This document shows, one piece after another, positions 23,386-31,516 of a stretch of DNA of 64,000 nt (position 1 is the first letter of the stretch; each line of letters opens with the position of its first letter). Below the pieces are notes generated by a model that worked only from the letters and a program-made list of their open reading frames with translations, had not been told where the DNA came from and did not search any database. The translations under genes and the position numbers were made by a program. The stretch lies in IMG/VR virus record IMGVR_UViG_3300016482_000089, positions 1-64,000 of that record; one strand, given 5' to 3'. This DNA comes from a virus. Lineage: Duplodnaviria; Caudoviricetes.

Positions 23386-23949
23386 CTACGTGCAGTTGGT
23401 CACGCCCGCGCCCCCGAAGCTCCTTCCCGAGCCTTCTTTTCTCTCACTGGGCTTAATGGGCGCACGCGATTGCGCACCCCCCAGCGAGAACGCTGATCGC
23501 GCGGGCTTCTTCCACCACGGCTTCGGGTCGGGCGGCAGCACGACCGGCTTCGGCGGCTGCCACGGCAGCGGCGCCGGCCGCGCGTCGATGCGGCGCTGCT
23601 CCTCCATCTTCGCCCGCCGCGACGGCGGCTCGACGCGCTCGCGGATGAGGATCGTCGTCTGGCCCGACCGCGGGTCGGTCATCCAGTGGATGTAGCCGAA
23701 GTCGACGAGCTCGGCCCGCCAGTTCCGGATCGTGTTGACGCAGCGGCCGAACAGCGTGGCGAGGCTCCTGGTGTAGGTCACGAGGCGCCGCGAGCCGCCC
23801 GCGAGCTTGCGCAGGCCGAGCAGCAGGCGCAGCGGACCAGGTCGGAGATCCCCCAGCGGCTCGGCGCTGAGGGTCAGCACGATTCCATCTGCGAGCCGTG
23901 TCATGCAGCTCGCCAGCCCAGGCGTCAGGACGCAGATCCCCGCCCCCAA
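23386..23949 (-). CDS. Helix-turn-helix protein, candidate plasmid replication initiator (start 23949 TTG or 23904 ATG)
   Basis: TRSLATLFGRCVNTIRNWRAELVDFGYI wHTH; divergent from parA; leader overlapped by an antisense RNA unit. Confidence 0.5.
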   Translation of the reverse strand: MGAGICVLTPGLASCMTRLADGIVLTLSAEPLGDLRPGPLRLLLGLRKLAGGSRRLVTYTRSLATLFGRCVNTIRNWRAELVDFGYIHWMTDPRSGQTTILIRERVEPPSRRAKMEEQRRIDARPAPLPWQPPKPVVLPPDPKPWWKKPARSAFSLGGAQSRAPIKPSERKEGSGRSFGGAGVTNCT

Positions 23950-23955
23950 TTCGGC

Positions 23956-23984
23956 TTGCGAATTGGGCTGGGTGCGCCTAGCAT
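23956..23984 (+). promoter_or_regulatory. Promoter of antisense (ct)RNA
   Basis: TTGCGA-N17-TAGCAT. Confidence 0.65.
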
Positions 23985-23990
23985 CGGGAT

Positions 23991-24066
23991 TGCCACGTCG
24001 CCGACGCTATGCGTTAGCAGGGGTTAGGGTCAGCTCTGGTTCGCCGGGGCTGGCCCTTTCCTTTTT
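23991..24066 (+). ncRNA. Putative counter-transcribed RNA (~75 nt)
   Basis: Promoter, then 14-bp hairpin 24026-24057 with UUCG loop and TTTCCTTTTT tail; antisense to leader of the HTH gene. Confidence 0.6.
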
Positions 24067-24159
24067 CGACTCCACGGGATTGTGGCGCCGCGCCGAGCAT
24101 GTCGGCCGCCTCCGCGAAACGCAACGCCTTATCCGAAAACCGCTTCCGGCGGCCTCATG

Positions 24160-24187
24160 GTACAGTGGTACATTCGTACCATGGTAC
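24160..24187. repeat. 4x GTAC at 8-bp period (centromere/operator 1)
   Basis: GTAC at 24160, 24168, 24176, 24184. Confidence 0.7.
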
Positions 24188-24465
24188 GCCGCTGCAGGGA
24201 TGCGTCCCCGGCCCCGCACATGCGATCGGATGGCGGTGCGAGCGGCCAGTCGGACGGCGAAGGCTTGGCACGCAGCCCGCATTGAACCTGCGAAAGAACC
24301 GGTGTGGCAGCGGACATTCGTGCATGCACCGCGACGTTCACGCGGGTGCAGGTTCAATGCGGGGTGCCCTGCGAGGTGCGGTGCCGGGCGCGCTTGCTCC
24401 CCCTCCCCTGCCCCACCCCGCGCAGCCCAGCCGCCGCAGCATAACCGCCTATGGCGCCGCCTTTG

Positions 24466-24493
24466 GTACACTGATACGCATGTACCTCGGTAC
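24466..24493. repeat. 4x (G/A)TAC at 8-bp period upstream of parA (operator 2)
   Basis: GTAC 24466, ATAC 24474, GTAC 24482, GTAC 24490. Confidence 0.7.
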
Positions 24494-24518
24494 GACCCCA
24501 CAGGAGGAGGAACATGCG

Positions 24519-25157
24519 GTGCGCGTGATCACCATGGCTTCGCGCAAGGGCGGAGCCGGGAAAACCACCATCGCCAGCCACCTGGCGGTGGAGGCGGTGC
24601 GGTGCGGACAGGGGCCGGTCGCCCTCATCGACACCGACGACATGGTCGGCCTGACGAAGTGGTGGCAGGCCCGCGCGGCCGAGACCCCCGTCCTCGTCGA
24701 GCTCGAGGGCGGCGTCGAGAAGACCCTCGCGGCGCTGCGGCAGCAGGGCTTCCGGCTGGTGTTCATCGACACCCCCCCTGCCCTCACCCAGCACGCCACC
24801 GACGCGGTCCTGCACGCCGACCTGGTGCTGGTCCCGGTGCAGCCCTCCCCCGACGACCTCCGCGCCGTCGGCGGCACCGTCAGCCTCGCGAACACGGCCA
24901 AGCGGAAGTTCGTCTTCGTGCTGAACCGCGTGAAGAAGCGGGTCCGGCTGACGACCGAAGCCGCCGTCGCCCTCTCCCAGTACGGCCCGATCGCGCCCCC
25001 TCACCTCGGCGACCGGACCGACTACGCCGGCGCGAAGACCGGCGGCCTGACGGCGCCCGAGGTGGACCCGGCCGGCCCGGCCGCCGGCGAGGTCGCCGCC
25101 CTCTGGACCTACGTCGAGGCCAACCTCGGCCTGAAGCGGGCAGGGGAGGCGGCCTGA
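24519..25157 (+). CDS. parA: ParA/ParF partition ATPase (type Ib, 212 aa)
   Basis: Deviant Walker A RKGGAGKTT, LIDTD, FIDTPP, LVPVQPS..DL; AGGAGG RBS. Confidence 0.92.
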   Translation: MRVITMASRKGGAGKTTIASHLAVEAVRCGQGPVALIDTDDMVGLTKWWQARAAETPVLVELEGGVEKTLAALRQQGFRLVFIDTPPALTQHATDAVLHADLVLVPVQPSPDDLRAVGGTVSLANTAKRKFVFVLNRVKKRVRLTTEAAVALSQYGPIAPPHLGDRTDYAGAKTGGLTAPEVDPAGPAAGEVAALWTYVEANLGLKRAGEAA

Positions 25158-25435
25158 TGGCGAAGCAGCCCCTGCGACCGCTCTCCACGATCAACATCAT
25201 GGAGGAGCCGCCGGCGCCCAGCGTCACGGAGCCGGAGAGGCCGCAGCTCCCGGCGGTCACGCCGCGGGTCGTCGAGGACGAGGCGGCGCCGCCGCCGGAG
25301 CCGCGGCGGCAGATGAACTACCGGCCGACCGTCAGCACCGCCGAACGCCTCCGCCTGATCGGCTTCCGCCAGCGGCGGCCGGTGCAGGAGCTGATCGACG
25401 AGGCGGTCATGCTCTGGCTCGCGAACCAGAAGTAG
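25157..25435 (+). CDS. ParG-like ribbon-helix-helix partition protein
   Basis: Pro/Glu-rich flexible N-terminus plus RQMNYRPTVSTAERLRLIGFRQRRPVQELIDEAV; coupled to parA. Confidence 0.7.
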   Translation: MAKQPLRPLSTINIMEEPPAPSVTEPERPQLPAVTPRVVEDEAAPPPEPRRQMNYRPTVSTAERLRLIGFRQRRPVQELIDEAVMLWLANQK

Positions 25436-25651
25436 GGGAGGGGGGACCGGCGCAACGCAGCTCTGCCTGCGCCGGGCACCACTCCCGGAAGCAGCCGATC
25501 AGCACGCCGCAGCCGGGGCCGCACGGGCCGTCGAAGCTCGGATCGCTCAGGGCCTCCCTGAGCAGGGCGAGGTAGGCGGGCCGGGGGCCGGCCGCGACCT
25601 TGCGCATGAAGGCCGGGGCCTCCTCCAGCGAGCGGCGCCAGCCGAGAGTGG

Positions 25652-26209
25652 TCATCCGAAGGGCTCCGGCGGTCGGGCGGGGCCAGCAGTGTAGAGCTCG
25701 CGCAGCGGCAGCGCGTCCAGCTCCGCCCAGATGGCGGCCTCCCCGAGGTAGCTGTCGGCGACCCCGCGCTCGCTGGTCGTCGAGACCCAGCGGTAGCCGG
25801 GCATGTCCTGGCGCCGCAACAGCAGCAGGGACGGCCAGTTCCGGCCGGGGATGCCCGCCTCGAGGTGCTGGGGCACCAGCACGATGAACCAGCGGCCGTC
25901 CTGCGGCGCGCTGGTGAACGGGGCCCAGGGCGCCGGCGGCCGGTCGCGCAGCCCCGCCGGGTGCAGGTCCTCGAGCGGCAGGGCCTCCAGCGGCGCCCAG
26001 AGGCCGCCCGCCATCCGGTCGGCCAGCGAGCAGACCCCCGGCATCATCCAGAAGCCGGGGCCGACGCGCTCCCCGCACCAGGCGCGCTGCAGGACGGCCA
26101 GATGGGGGGTCGCCCGGGCCCAGCCCTGGCCGATCCGGACGTTGGGCTGCAGGAGCAGGAACGGCCTGCCGTCCCGCGGTGCCGTCGACATCGAGCGCCA
26201 GGCGGTCAT
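25652..26209 (-). CDS. Hypothetical protein with two DUF551-like repeats
   Basis: WRSMSTAPRDGRPFL and WAPFTSAPQDGRWFI; both halves end W(A/P)xLxALPL. Confidence 0.6.
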   Translation of the reverse strand: MTAWRSMSTAPRDGRPFLLLQPNVRIGQGWARATPHLAVLQRAWCGERVGPGFWMMPGVCSLADRMAGGLWAPLEALPLEDLHPAGLRDRPPAPWAPFTSAPQDGRWFIVLVPQHLEAGIPGRNWPSLLLLRRQDMPGYRWVSTTSERGVADSYLGEAAIWAELDALPLRELYTAGPARPPEPFG

Positions 26210-26448
26210 GACACCAACCGGCCGCCCGGCAGGAGGCGGCACCTTATCGACTCGATGAGACGTTCGCGCTCCTGGCCGCTCAGCGAGGTCGCGACGACGA
26301 TTGCGGTGAAGCTCCACCCGGTCAGGGCGGCCCCGGCGGCCCGGACCATAACGCCGGGCGGCACCGCGCGCTCCAGCATGGCTGCCAGCATTGCGTTGTC
26401 CACGACGATCAGAAGCCGTCGCTGCTGCTCGGCCATCGGTGCGGTCAT
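26206..26448 (-). CDS. Hypothetical protein
   Basis: Coupled ATGA overlaps; GGAGG-type RBS region. Confidence 0.5.
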   Translation of the reverse strand: MTAPMAEQQRRLLIVVDNAMLAAMLERAVPPGVMVRAAGAALTGWSFTAIVVATSLSGQERERLIESIRCRLLPGGRLVS

Positions 26449-26795
26449 GGGAGGTCCCCGAACTTCGCGCGGAGCCGCCGGTAGTCGGCCAGCTCGCGCT
26501 GGTGGCGCTTCATGAAGGCCCGGTAGGCCTCGACCTGCTGGCGCTGGCCGTCCCGCAGGTCGGCCACGCGGTTGAAGCCGATCCCGACGAAGGCGACGGC
26601 GTTCAGCTCCTCCGGCCGGCACTCGCGCGTCACGGCGGGCTTCGCCCCCGACTGCCAGCCGGTGAGGATCACCACCGTCTCCGCGGTGTCCACGCCGGTC
26701 GGCCGGTAATCCACCTGGATGCCGGAGATCGGCCCGTGGTCGTAGATCCAGCAGGCGAGGTCGGACGGCTTCGGGGGGGCGCGCTCGTCGCTCAT
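26445..26795 (-). CDS. Hypothetical protein
   Basis: MSDERAPPK...; coupled overlaps. Confidence 0.55.
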   Translation of the reverse strand: MSDERAPPKPSDLACWIYDHGPISGIQVDYRPTGVDTAETVVILTGWQSGAKPAVTRECRPEELNAVAFVGIGFNRVADLRDGQRQQVEAYRAFMKRHQRELADYRRLRAKFGDLP

Positions 26796-26995
26796 GGCGC
26801 CCCCGGCGGCGCGGCGGCGGCCAGGGCGAGCACGCACCGCCGCGCCACGTCCTCCGCCTCCATCTGGCAACCGTCGCAGCTGCCCTGCTCGGCCTTCAAC
26901 GGCCGCACGCACGCCGGCCCGATGCAGACCGCGGGCGCGATGATCGGCTTCAGCAGCGCCACCTGACGCTGCTGCTCGTCGGTCAGCTCGGGCAT
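26792..26995 (-). CDS. Small Cys-rich hypothetical protein
   Basis: CIGPAC...CDGC. Confidence 0.45.
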   Translation of the reverse strand: MPELTDEQQRQVALLKPIIAPAVCIGPACVRPLKAEQGSCDGCQMEAEDVARRCVLALAAAAPPGAP

Positions 26996-27261
26996 CGCGC
27001 CGCCTCCGCCTCGATCGCCGCCTTCCCCGCGTCCGTGAGCACCCACCAGATCGGCGGCTCGCGGGCGGCGCAGATCTTCACCGCCACCAGGCCGGCCGCC
27101 TCGAAGGGCTGCATGAGGGCGCGCGCCTGGTGGGAGTAGGCGACCGGCGAGCGCATCCACTCGCCGAAGCTGATCCCGAGGACCTCGTGCTCGTCCATGG
27201 CGCCGTGGCTGCCGCGCGCCACGGCGCGCCTCAGGGTGGCGATGTCGACCGGCTCGCTCAC
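26983..27261 (-). CDS. Hypothetical (possible winged-helix) protein
   Basis: C-terminal WVLTDAGKAAI. Confidence 0.5.
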   Translation of the reverse strand: MSEPVDIATLRRAVARGSHGAMDEHEVLGISFGEWMRSPVAYSHQARALMQPFEAAGLVAVKICAAREPPIWWVLTDAGKAAIEAEAARCPS

Positions 27262-27476
27262 CGCCCACCTCCGAACAGGTCGTCGTATCCCCGCCCGTTG
27301 TGGTTGGGCGGGCCGTTCACCTCGCCCAGCAGCTCCGCCCCGAAGCGGCACCAGACGGCGTGCAGGGTCCGCAGGTCCACGCCGGCCTCGCGGCACGCCT
27401 TCATGGCCCGGCCGAGCTCCGCCTCGGCGATGCCGACGTCTCGGAGGTGCGCCTTAGGCCCTGGGGCTTCGGGCAT
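27258..27476 (-). CDS. Hypothetical protein
   Basis: Compact ORF in operon. Confidence 0.45.
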   Translation of the reverse strand: MPEAPGPKAHLRDVGIAEAELGRAMKACREAGVDLRTLHAVWCRFGAELLGEVNGPPNHNGRGYDDLFGGGR

Positions 27477-27762
27477 GCGCCCCTCCGAAGGGATTCTGGA
27501 TCGGATCGTCACGCGGCCACGGGGGGAGCGGCACCGACGATGCCGTCCGCAGCCGCTGGTTCTCCGCCTGCAGCTGGGCGACCTGCTGCTGCAGGTCCTG
27601 CACCCTGGTGCGGTTCAGCCGCATGACCAGCCAGCCGCCGCCGATGACGCCGAGCGCGAAGAGCAGGTCGGCGACGAAGCTCAGGACGGTGCTGGCGAAG
27701 TCCACCAGCACCCCCATCCCGAGCATGACGGCAATCAGGCCGAGGATGGCCTTCTCCCTCAT
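27454..27762 (-). CDS. Two-TM membrane protein with coiled coil
   Basis: Hydrophobic N-terminal half; LQQQVAQLQAENQRL; coupled to terB. Confidence 0.65.
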   Translation of the reverse strand: MREKAILGLIAVMLGMGVLVDFASTVLSFVADLLFALGVIGGGWLVMRLNRTRVQDLQQQVAQLQAENQRLRTASSVPLPPWPRDDPIQNPFGGAHARSPRA

Positions 27763-28202
27763 GCCAGCCCGACCTCGCGCAGGTCGATGCCGAGGGTCTG
27801 CGCGCAGCGCTGCAGGAAGGCCCGCTCCGCCGGCTCGATCTCGCCGTCGGCCTTCGCCGCCGCGATGCCGAGGCGCATGACGACCACGCGCTTCTCCATC
27901 GGCGCCGCCTTGATGTCCTCGAGCTCCTTCAGGCAGGCGTCGAGGCCGAGGTCGGTGTCCAGTGCGAACTGCCCGGACAGCTGGGAGAACTTGCCCGTCA
28001 GCACCCCAAGTTCGAACTGGGACATGATCGGGTGGGAGCGCCAGGCCTGCGTCATCTTGGCCTTCTCGCCCTCCTCCAGCTCGCCGTCGGCGAAGGCGAC
28101 GCCGGTCATCACCGCGACCACCGCCTCGGCGGTCTGCTTGTCGCGGTACCTCGCCGCCTCGGCGCCGAGGCCGGCCAGCTTCTCCTTCAAAAGTCCGAAC
28201 AT
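27759..28202 (-). CDS. terB: TerB-family protein
   Basis: AFADGELEEGEK and AAKADGEIEPAERAFL duplicated ADG motifs. Confidence 0.85.
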   Translation of the reverse strand: MFGLLKEKLAGLGAEAARYRDKQTAEAVVAVMTGVAFADGELEEGEKAKMTQAWRSHPIMSQFELGVLTGKFSQLSGQFALDTDLGLDACLKELEDIKAAPMEKRVVVMRLGIAAAKADGEIEPAERAFLQRCAQTLGIDLREVGLA

Positions 28203-28246
28203 GCTGCTCTCCATGTGAAGCCGGCCTGACCCGGGCCGGCGCGGGG

Positions 28247-28798
28247 TCAGCCCCGGGTCGGGGGGGCGGATGCGGTCGGCTCGGCCGCGTCCAGCGGCGC
28301 GGCCAGCGTCTCGTAGGCGGCGTTTCCGGGCCCGATGCCCGGCCGCATGGCGGCCTCCGCCCCCAACAGCTGGGCGTGCCAGTTCGCCAGCGCGGCGGCC
28401 GTGCTGATGGTGTGGTGGAGCGCCTTCTCCCGGTCGCCGGCCATGGCGGCCGCCAGCGCCTTCCCGCCGAGGTAGCCGAGCAGCCAGAACCAGTCCTGCG
28501 GGTCCTTCCCGGCGTCGTGGGCGGCGCCCCAGCGCTCCCGCTGGTGAACCGCCTCGCGCACCACGCCGGCGGCGAAGTCGTTCAGTTCCGGGCTGTGGAC
28601 CTGATCCCACAGCCGCTCGCAGAGGTCCGTCAGGTGCTTGAAGATGCTGGTGCCGAGCGTAGCGCCGGTCTTCTGGGCAACGCGCTGGGCGCGCTCGATG
28701 TCGCTCAGCCAGAACTCGATCGTGGCCTCGGCCCGCTCGGCCCGCCGCTTCCAGGCGGCGAGCTCGGCCTCGGGGGAAGCCTCGTTCTGCTCGGTCAT
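28247..28798 (-). CDS. Phage hypothetical protein
   Basis: DWFWLLGYLGGKA...KALHHTISTAAALANWH. Confidence 0.65.
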   Translation of the reverse strand: MTEQNEASPEAELAAWKRRAERAEATIEFWLSDIERAQRVAQKTGATLGTSIFKHLTDLCERLWDQVHSPELNDFAAGVVREAVHQRERWGAAHDAGKDPQDWFWLLGYLGGKALAAAMAGDREKALHHTISTAAALANWHAQLLGAEAAMRPGIGPGNAAYETLAAPLDAAEPTASAPPTRG

Positions 28799-28801
28799 GC
28801 C

Positions 28802-29377
28802 TCACTCCTCGTCGTAGCGGACAGGGTGAATGCGCCCGCCCTGCCGGCGGGGATCGTTCATCAGCTCGCGCTCGAGCTGCTCCTCCCGCGCCCAGCGCTC
28901 GCGCGCCTGTTCGAGCGTTTCGCCCTTCAGCACGCGCTGGCGCCTCACCTGGACGCCGCCGGCGAAGCACGCTTGGTGCCCGGTCATGTAGCGGTCGGCC
29001 GTAAGCGCGGCCCGCAGCTTCTCCACGGTGTCGAGCGGGGGCTTCTGGCGCGACACGATCAGGCCTCCCTTCGCCTTCTCGCGCTCCCGGAGCGCCGCGA
29101 TCATGCGCAGCTTCTCCTCGTCGCCGCGGAGCCGCGCGACGTGCTCCACCGGGCCGTAGCGGTCGGTGAGGATGGCGCCGGCCTTCAGGGCCAGCGCCTT
29201 CTTCGACATCGCGATGTCGTAGTGCTTCCAGGAGGCCTTCGGCGGCTGCTGGAACCACTGCCGCGCTACGCCGATCCGGTCGGCCATCGCGTGCAGCTCC
29301 TCGTCGGAGTCCGCCCACATGTGGCACATGATCATCCGCCCGAACGGCAGCCGGACGTCGTCGACGTAGACGGCCAT
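28802..29377 (-). CDS. DUF4031-domain protein with C-terminal extension
   Basis: MAVYVDD...CHMWADSDEELHAMADRIG...HYDI. Confidence 0.75.
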   Translation of the reverse strand: MAVYVDDVRLPFGRMIMCHMWADSDEELHAMADRIGVARQWFQQPPKASWKHYDIAMSKKALALKAGAILTDRYGPVEHVARLRGDEEKLRMIAALREREKAKGGLIVSRQKPPLDTVEKLRAALTADRYMTGHQACFAGGVQVRRQRVLKGETLEQARERWAREEQLERELMNDPRRQGGRIHPVRYDEE

Positions 29378-29805
29378 CAGGCCACCTTGTCCTGGCGGAG
29401 CGGGATCGCCGGCCGGCTCACCTGCACGATTCGATCCACCGCCCAGTGCGGCAGCTTCACGATCAGCTCGCCGGAGGCGACCTCGTACGAGACCGTCTGT
29501 GCGGGCTTGTCGTCCTGCTCCACGTCGAGCAGCGGCACGAAGACGTGGCACATCTCGGCCTTCGCCGACTGGCGCCAGTGGACGGCGCGGGCGCCGTGGT
29601 CCTTCGGCTTCGCCACCAGCAGCCGCAGCTTCCCGGCGATGCGGTCGCGCTGCGCCACCACCTTGTCGCCGCGACTCAGGCCCATGGCCCTCGCGACGCC
29701 GGAGCCGATCTGCACCCGCAGCTGCCGAGACGCGCCCTTGCCGCCCGGCAGCTTCCACGAGACGGTAACGCCGCTGCCGCGCAGCGGGATGGTCTCCCAG
29801 GTCAT
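29377..29805 (-). CDS. Hypothetical protein
   Basis: 142 aa, coupled. Confidence 0.55.
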   Translation of the reverse strand: MTWETIPLRGSGVTVSWKLPGGKGASRQLRVQIGSGVARAMGLSRGDKVVAQRDRIAGKLRLLVAKPKDHGARAVHWRQSAKAEMCHVFVPLLDVEQDDKPAQTVSYEVASGELIVKLPHWAVDRIVQVSRPAIPLRQDKVA

Positions 29806-29806
29806 G

Positions 29807-30181
29807 TCAGCGCGCCTCCGGCCAGAGCAGGCGCCGCACCTCGTCGAAACGCTCCTGGACCCAGGCCACGACCTGCGCCTTCACCTCCTCCTCGGTGTCG
29901 GCCTCGAACTCCGCCTCGCGCCAGGTGAGGTATTCGTCCATCACCCAGGGCTCGCTCGGCTGGCCGAAGGGCAGGATGATGGAGGCCTTGGCGCTCGGCC
30001 GGCGGCCGTAGGGAAGCGATCCGACCTGCTTGGTCGACGTGTCGAAGGTCATGCTCCCGCCGCCGCCCGGGCCGGGCCAGAAGCGGCAGGAGATGGCGAG
30101 GAGGGGACCGTCGTAGTCCTGCTTGCCCTGGCAGTCCGGCGTCCACATCGCCGAGGGGGTCATCTGCGTGGTGTCGCTCAC
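29807..30181 (-). CDS. Hypothetical protein
   Basis: CQGKQDYDGPLLAISCRFWP motif. Confidence 0.55.
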   Translation of the reverse strand: MSDTTQMTPSAMWTPDCQGKQDYDGPLLAISCRFWPGPGGGGSMTFDTSTKQVGSLPYGRRPSAKASIILPFGQPSEPWVMDEYLTWREAEFEADTEEEVKAQVVAWVQERFDEVRRLLWPEAR

Positions 30182-30555
30182 CGGAACACTCCCTTCTCGA
30201 ACGCCGCGTCGCGCCACGCCTGGGCACGCTCCCGCAGGTCCTCCAGCTGCGTCTCGTCCTCGCAGGACCAGGCCACGGCGACGACGACCAGGGGCGGCTC
30301 GCCGTCCTCGGCGGGCACGATGCGGGCCTCGCTCACGGCGGCGCCGGGGGGGATCTTCGCGCGATCGCGCGGCTTCACGGCCACGTCGTAGCCGCCGCCG
30401 ATCAGCGGCGTGGTGACGGCCTCCCAGTCCTCGCCGCAGAGGACGGTGGCGATCTCGCTGATGTGCCGGCTGCCGTCCGAGGCCCGCCAGGCATCCAGGA
30501 TGCGCGCCTCGAGCGCGGCGGCCGCGGCGCGCTCCGGGGGGAGGGCGAGGGTCAT
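30178..30555 (-). CDS. Hypothetical protein
   Basis: Coupled ATGA/GTGA overlaps. Confidence 0.5.
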   Translation of the reverse strand: MTLALPPERAAAAALEARILDAWRASDGSRHISEIATVLCGEDWEAVTTPLIGGGYDVAVKPRDRAKIPPGAAVSEARIVPAEDGEPPLVVVAVAWSCEDETQLEDLRERAQAWRDAAFEKGVFR

Positions 30556-30770
30556 GCCGGCCGCCCAGGCTTCGCCGTGGCCGCGTGCTGGTCCAGCCAC
30601 GCCTTCAGCGCGCTCTCGGCGTAGTAGACGCGCCGCGAGAGCGTGAAGAACGGCGGCCCTTCGCGGGCGATCGCGAGCTTCTCCAGCCGCTCGCGCGTCA
30701 TCACGGTCAGCCCGCGCTGCTGGAACCACTCGGCCGCCTGGTCGCGGGTCAGGTAGACCTCGTCAGCCAT
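30552..30770 (-). CDS. Excisionase/AlpA-like HTH protein
   Basis: YLTRDQAAEW...LEKLAIAREGPPF...RRVYY...LKAWL. Confidence 0.75.
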   Translation of the reverse strand: MADEVYLTRDQAAEWFQQRGLTVMTRERLEKLAIAREGPPFFTLSRRVYYAESALKAWLDQHAATAKPGRPA

Positions 30771-31251
30771 CGGCGCCGTCCTCGTTCGGCAGCAGGTCGC
30801 GCCACTCCACCGGGCGGCAGGGGCTGCCGTCGGGCGCCGGGCCCGGGCACCACATCTCCCCCTTCTCGGTGATCACCCACCGGTCGTCGGGACGCGCCAC
30901 CGGCTCGAACAGCAGCCCGCGGGCGGTCCGGAAGAAGCACCGGTAGATGCGCGCGGCGTCCTCACCCACGCCGACGTCGCCGGCCAGCTGCAGCAGGTAG
31001 GTCAGCTGGTTCTGTGCCCGCCCGCCGGCGCCGTCCGGCGACCAGAACGCGTGCAGCCGTCCGGCCGAGAGCATGAAGATCACGCTCCGCGCGCTCACCG
31101 CCGCCGCGTGATAGGCCTGAACCAGCCGCAGCAGCTCGCCGCGGGAGAGGTTGTCGAAGGGCGTCTGCCCCCAGCGCAGGTCCTTCGCCGGGATGAAGCG
31201 CTCGCGCGGCGGCAGGCCGTGCGGCGGCGGCCAGGGCGTCTCGTCAGCCAT
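30763..31251 (-). CDS. Hypothetical protein
   Basis: 162 aa, coupled. Confidence 0.55.
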   Translation of the reverse strand: MADETPWPPPHGLPPRERFIPAKDLRWGQTPFDNLSRGELLRLVQAYHAAAVSARSVIFMLSAGRLHAFWSPDGAGGRAQNQLTYLLQLAGDVGVGEDAARIYRCFFRTARGLLFEPVARPDDRWVITEKGEMWCPGPAPDGSPCRPVEWRDLLPNEDGADG

Positions 31252-31516
31252 GGCGGGCGTGCGGCTTCAGGCGGCGGAGGAGGGCGGCGACCGCGCGAAG
31301 GCTGGCCCCGTCGGCGTGCGGCAGCCAGTCGGGGAAGTCGAGCTGCCGCGCCGCGAGCTCCAGGTCCGCGGCGCCGACGTCGCCCATGATGTCGGCGCCG
31401 GCGTCGAGCAGGCGCGCGGCCTGCTCGAGCTCGCCTGCGGCGACGTCGCGGAGGATGGCGGTCGTCTCGGTGCCGCGGCTGGGCGGCACCGAGACGACCT
31501 GGCGGGGCTGCAACAT
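31244..31516 (-). CDS. Hypothetical protein
   Basis: 90 aa, coupled. Confidence 0.45.
   Translation of the reverse strand: MLQPRQVVSVPPSRGTETTAILRDVAAGELEQAARLLDAGADIMGDVGAADLELAARQLDFPDWLPHADGASLRAVAALLRRLKPHARHG

Noticed and set aside
30552-30770. Excisionase-like gene as proof of integration
   Set aside because: No integrase or att core nearby; such HTH genes often act as regulators
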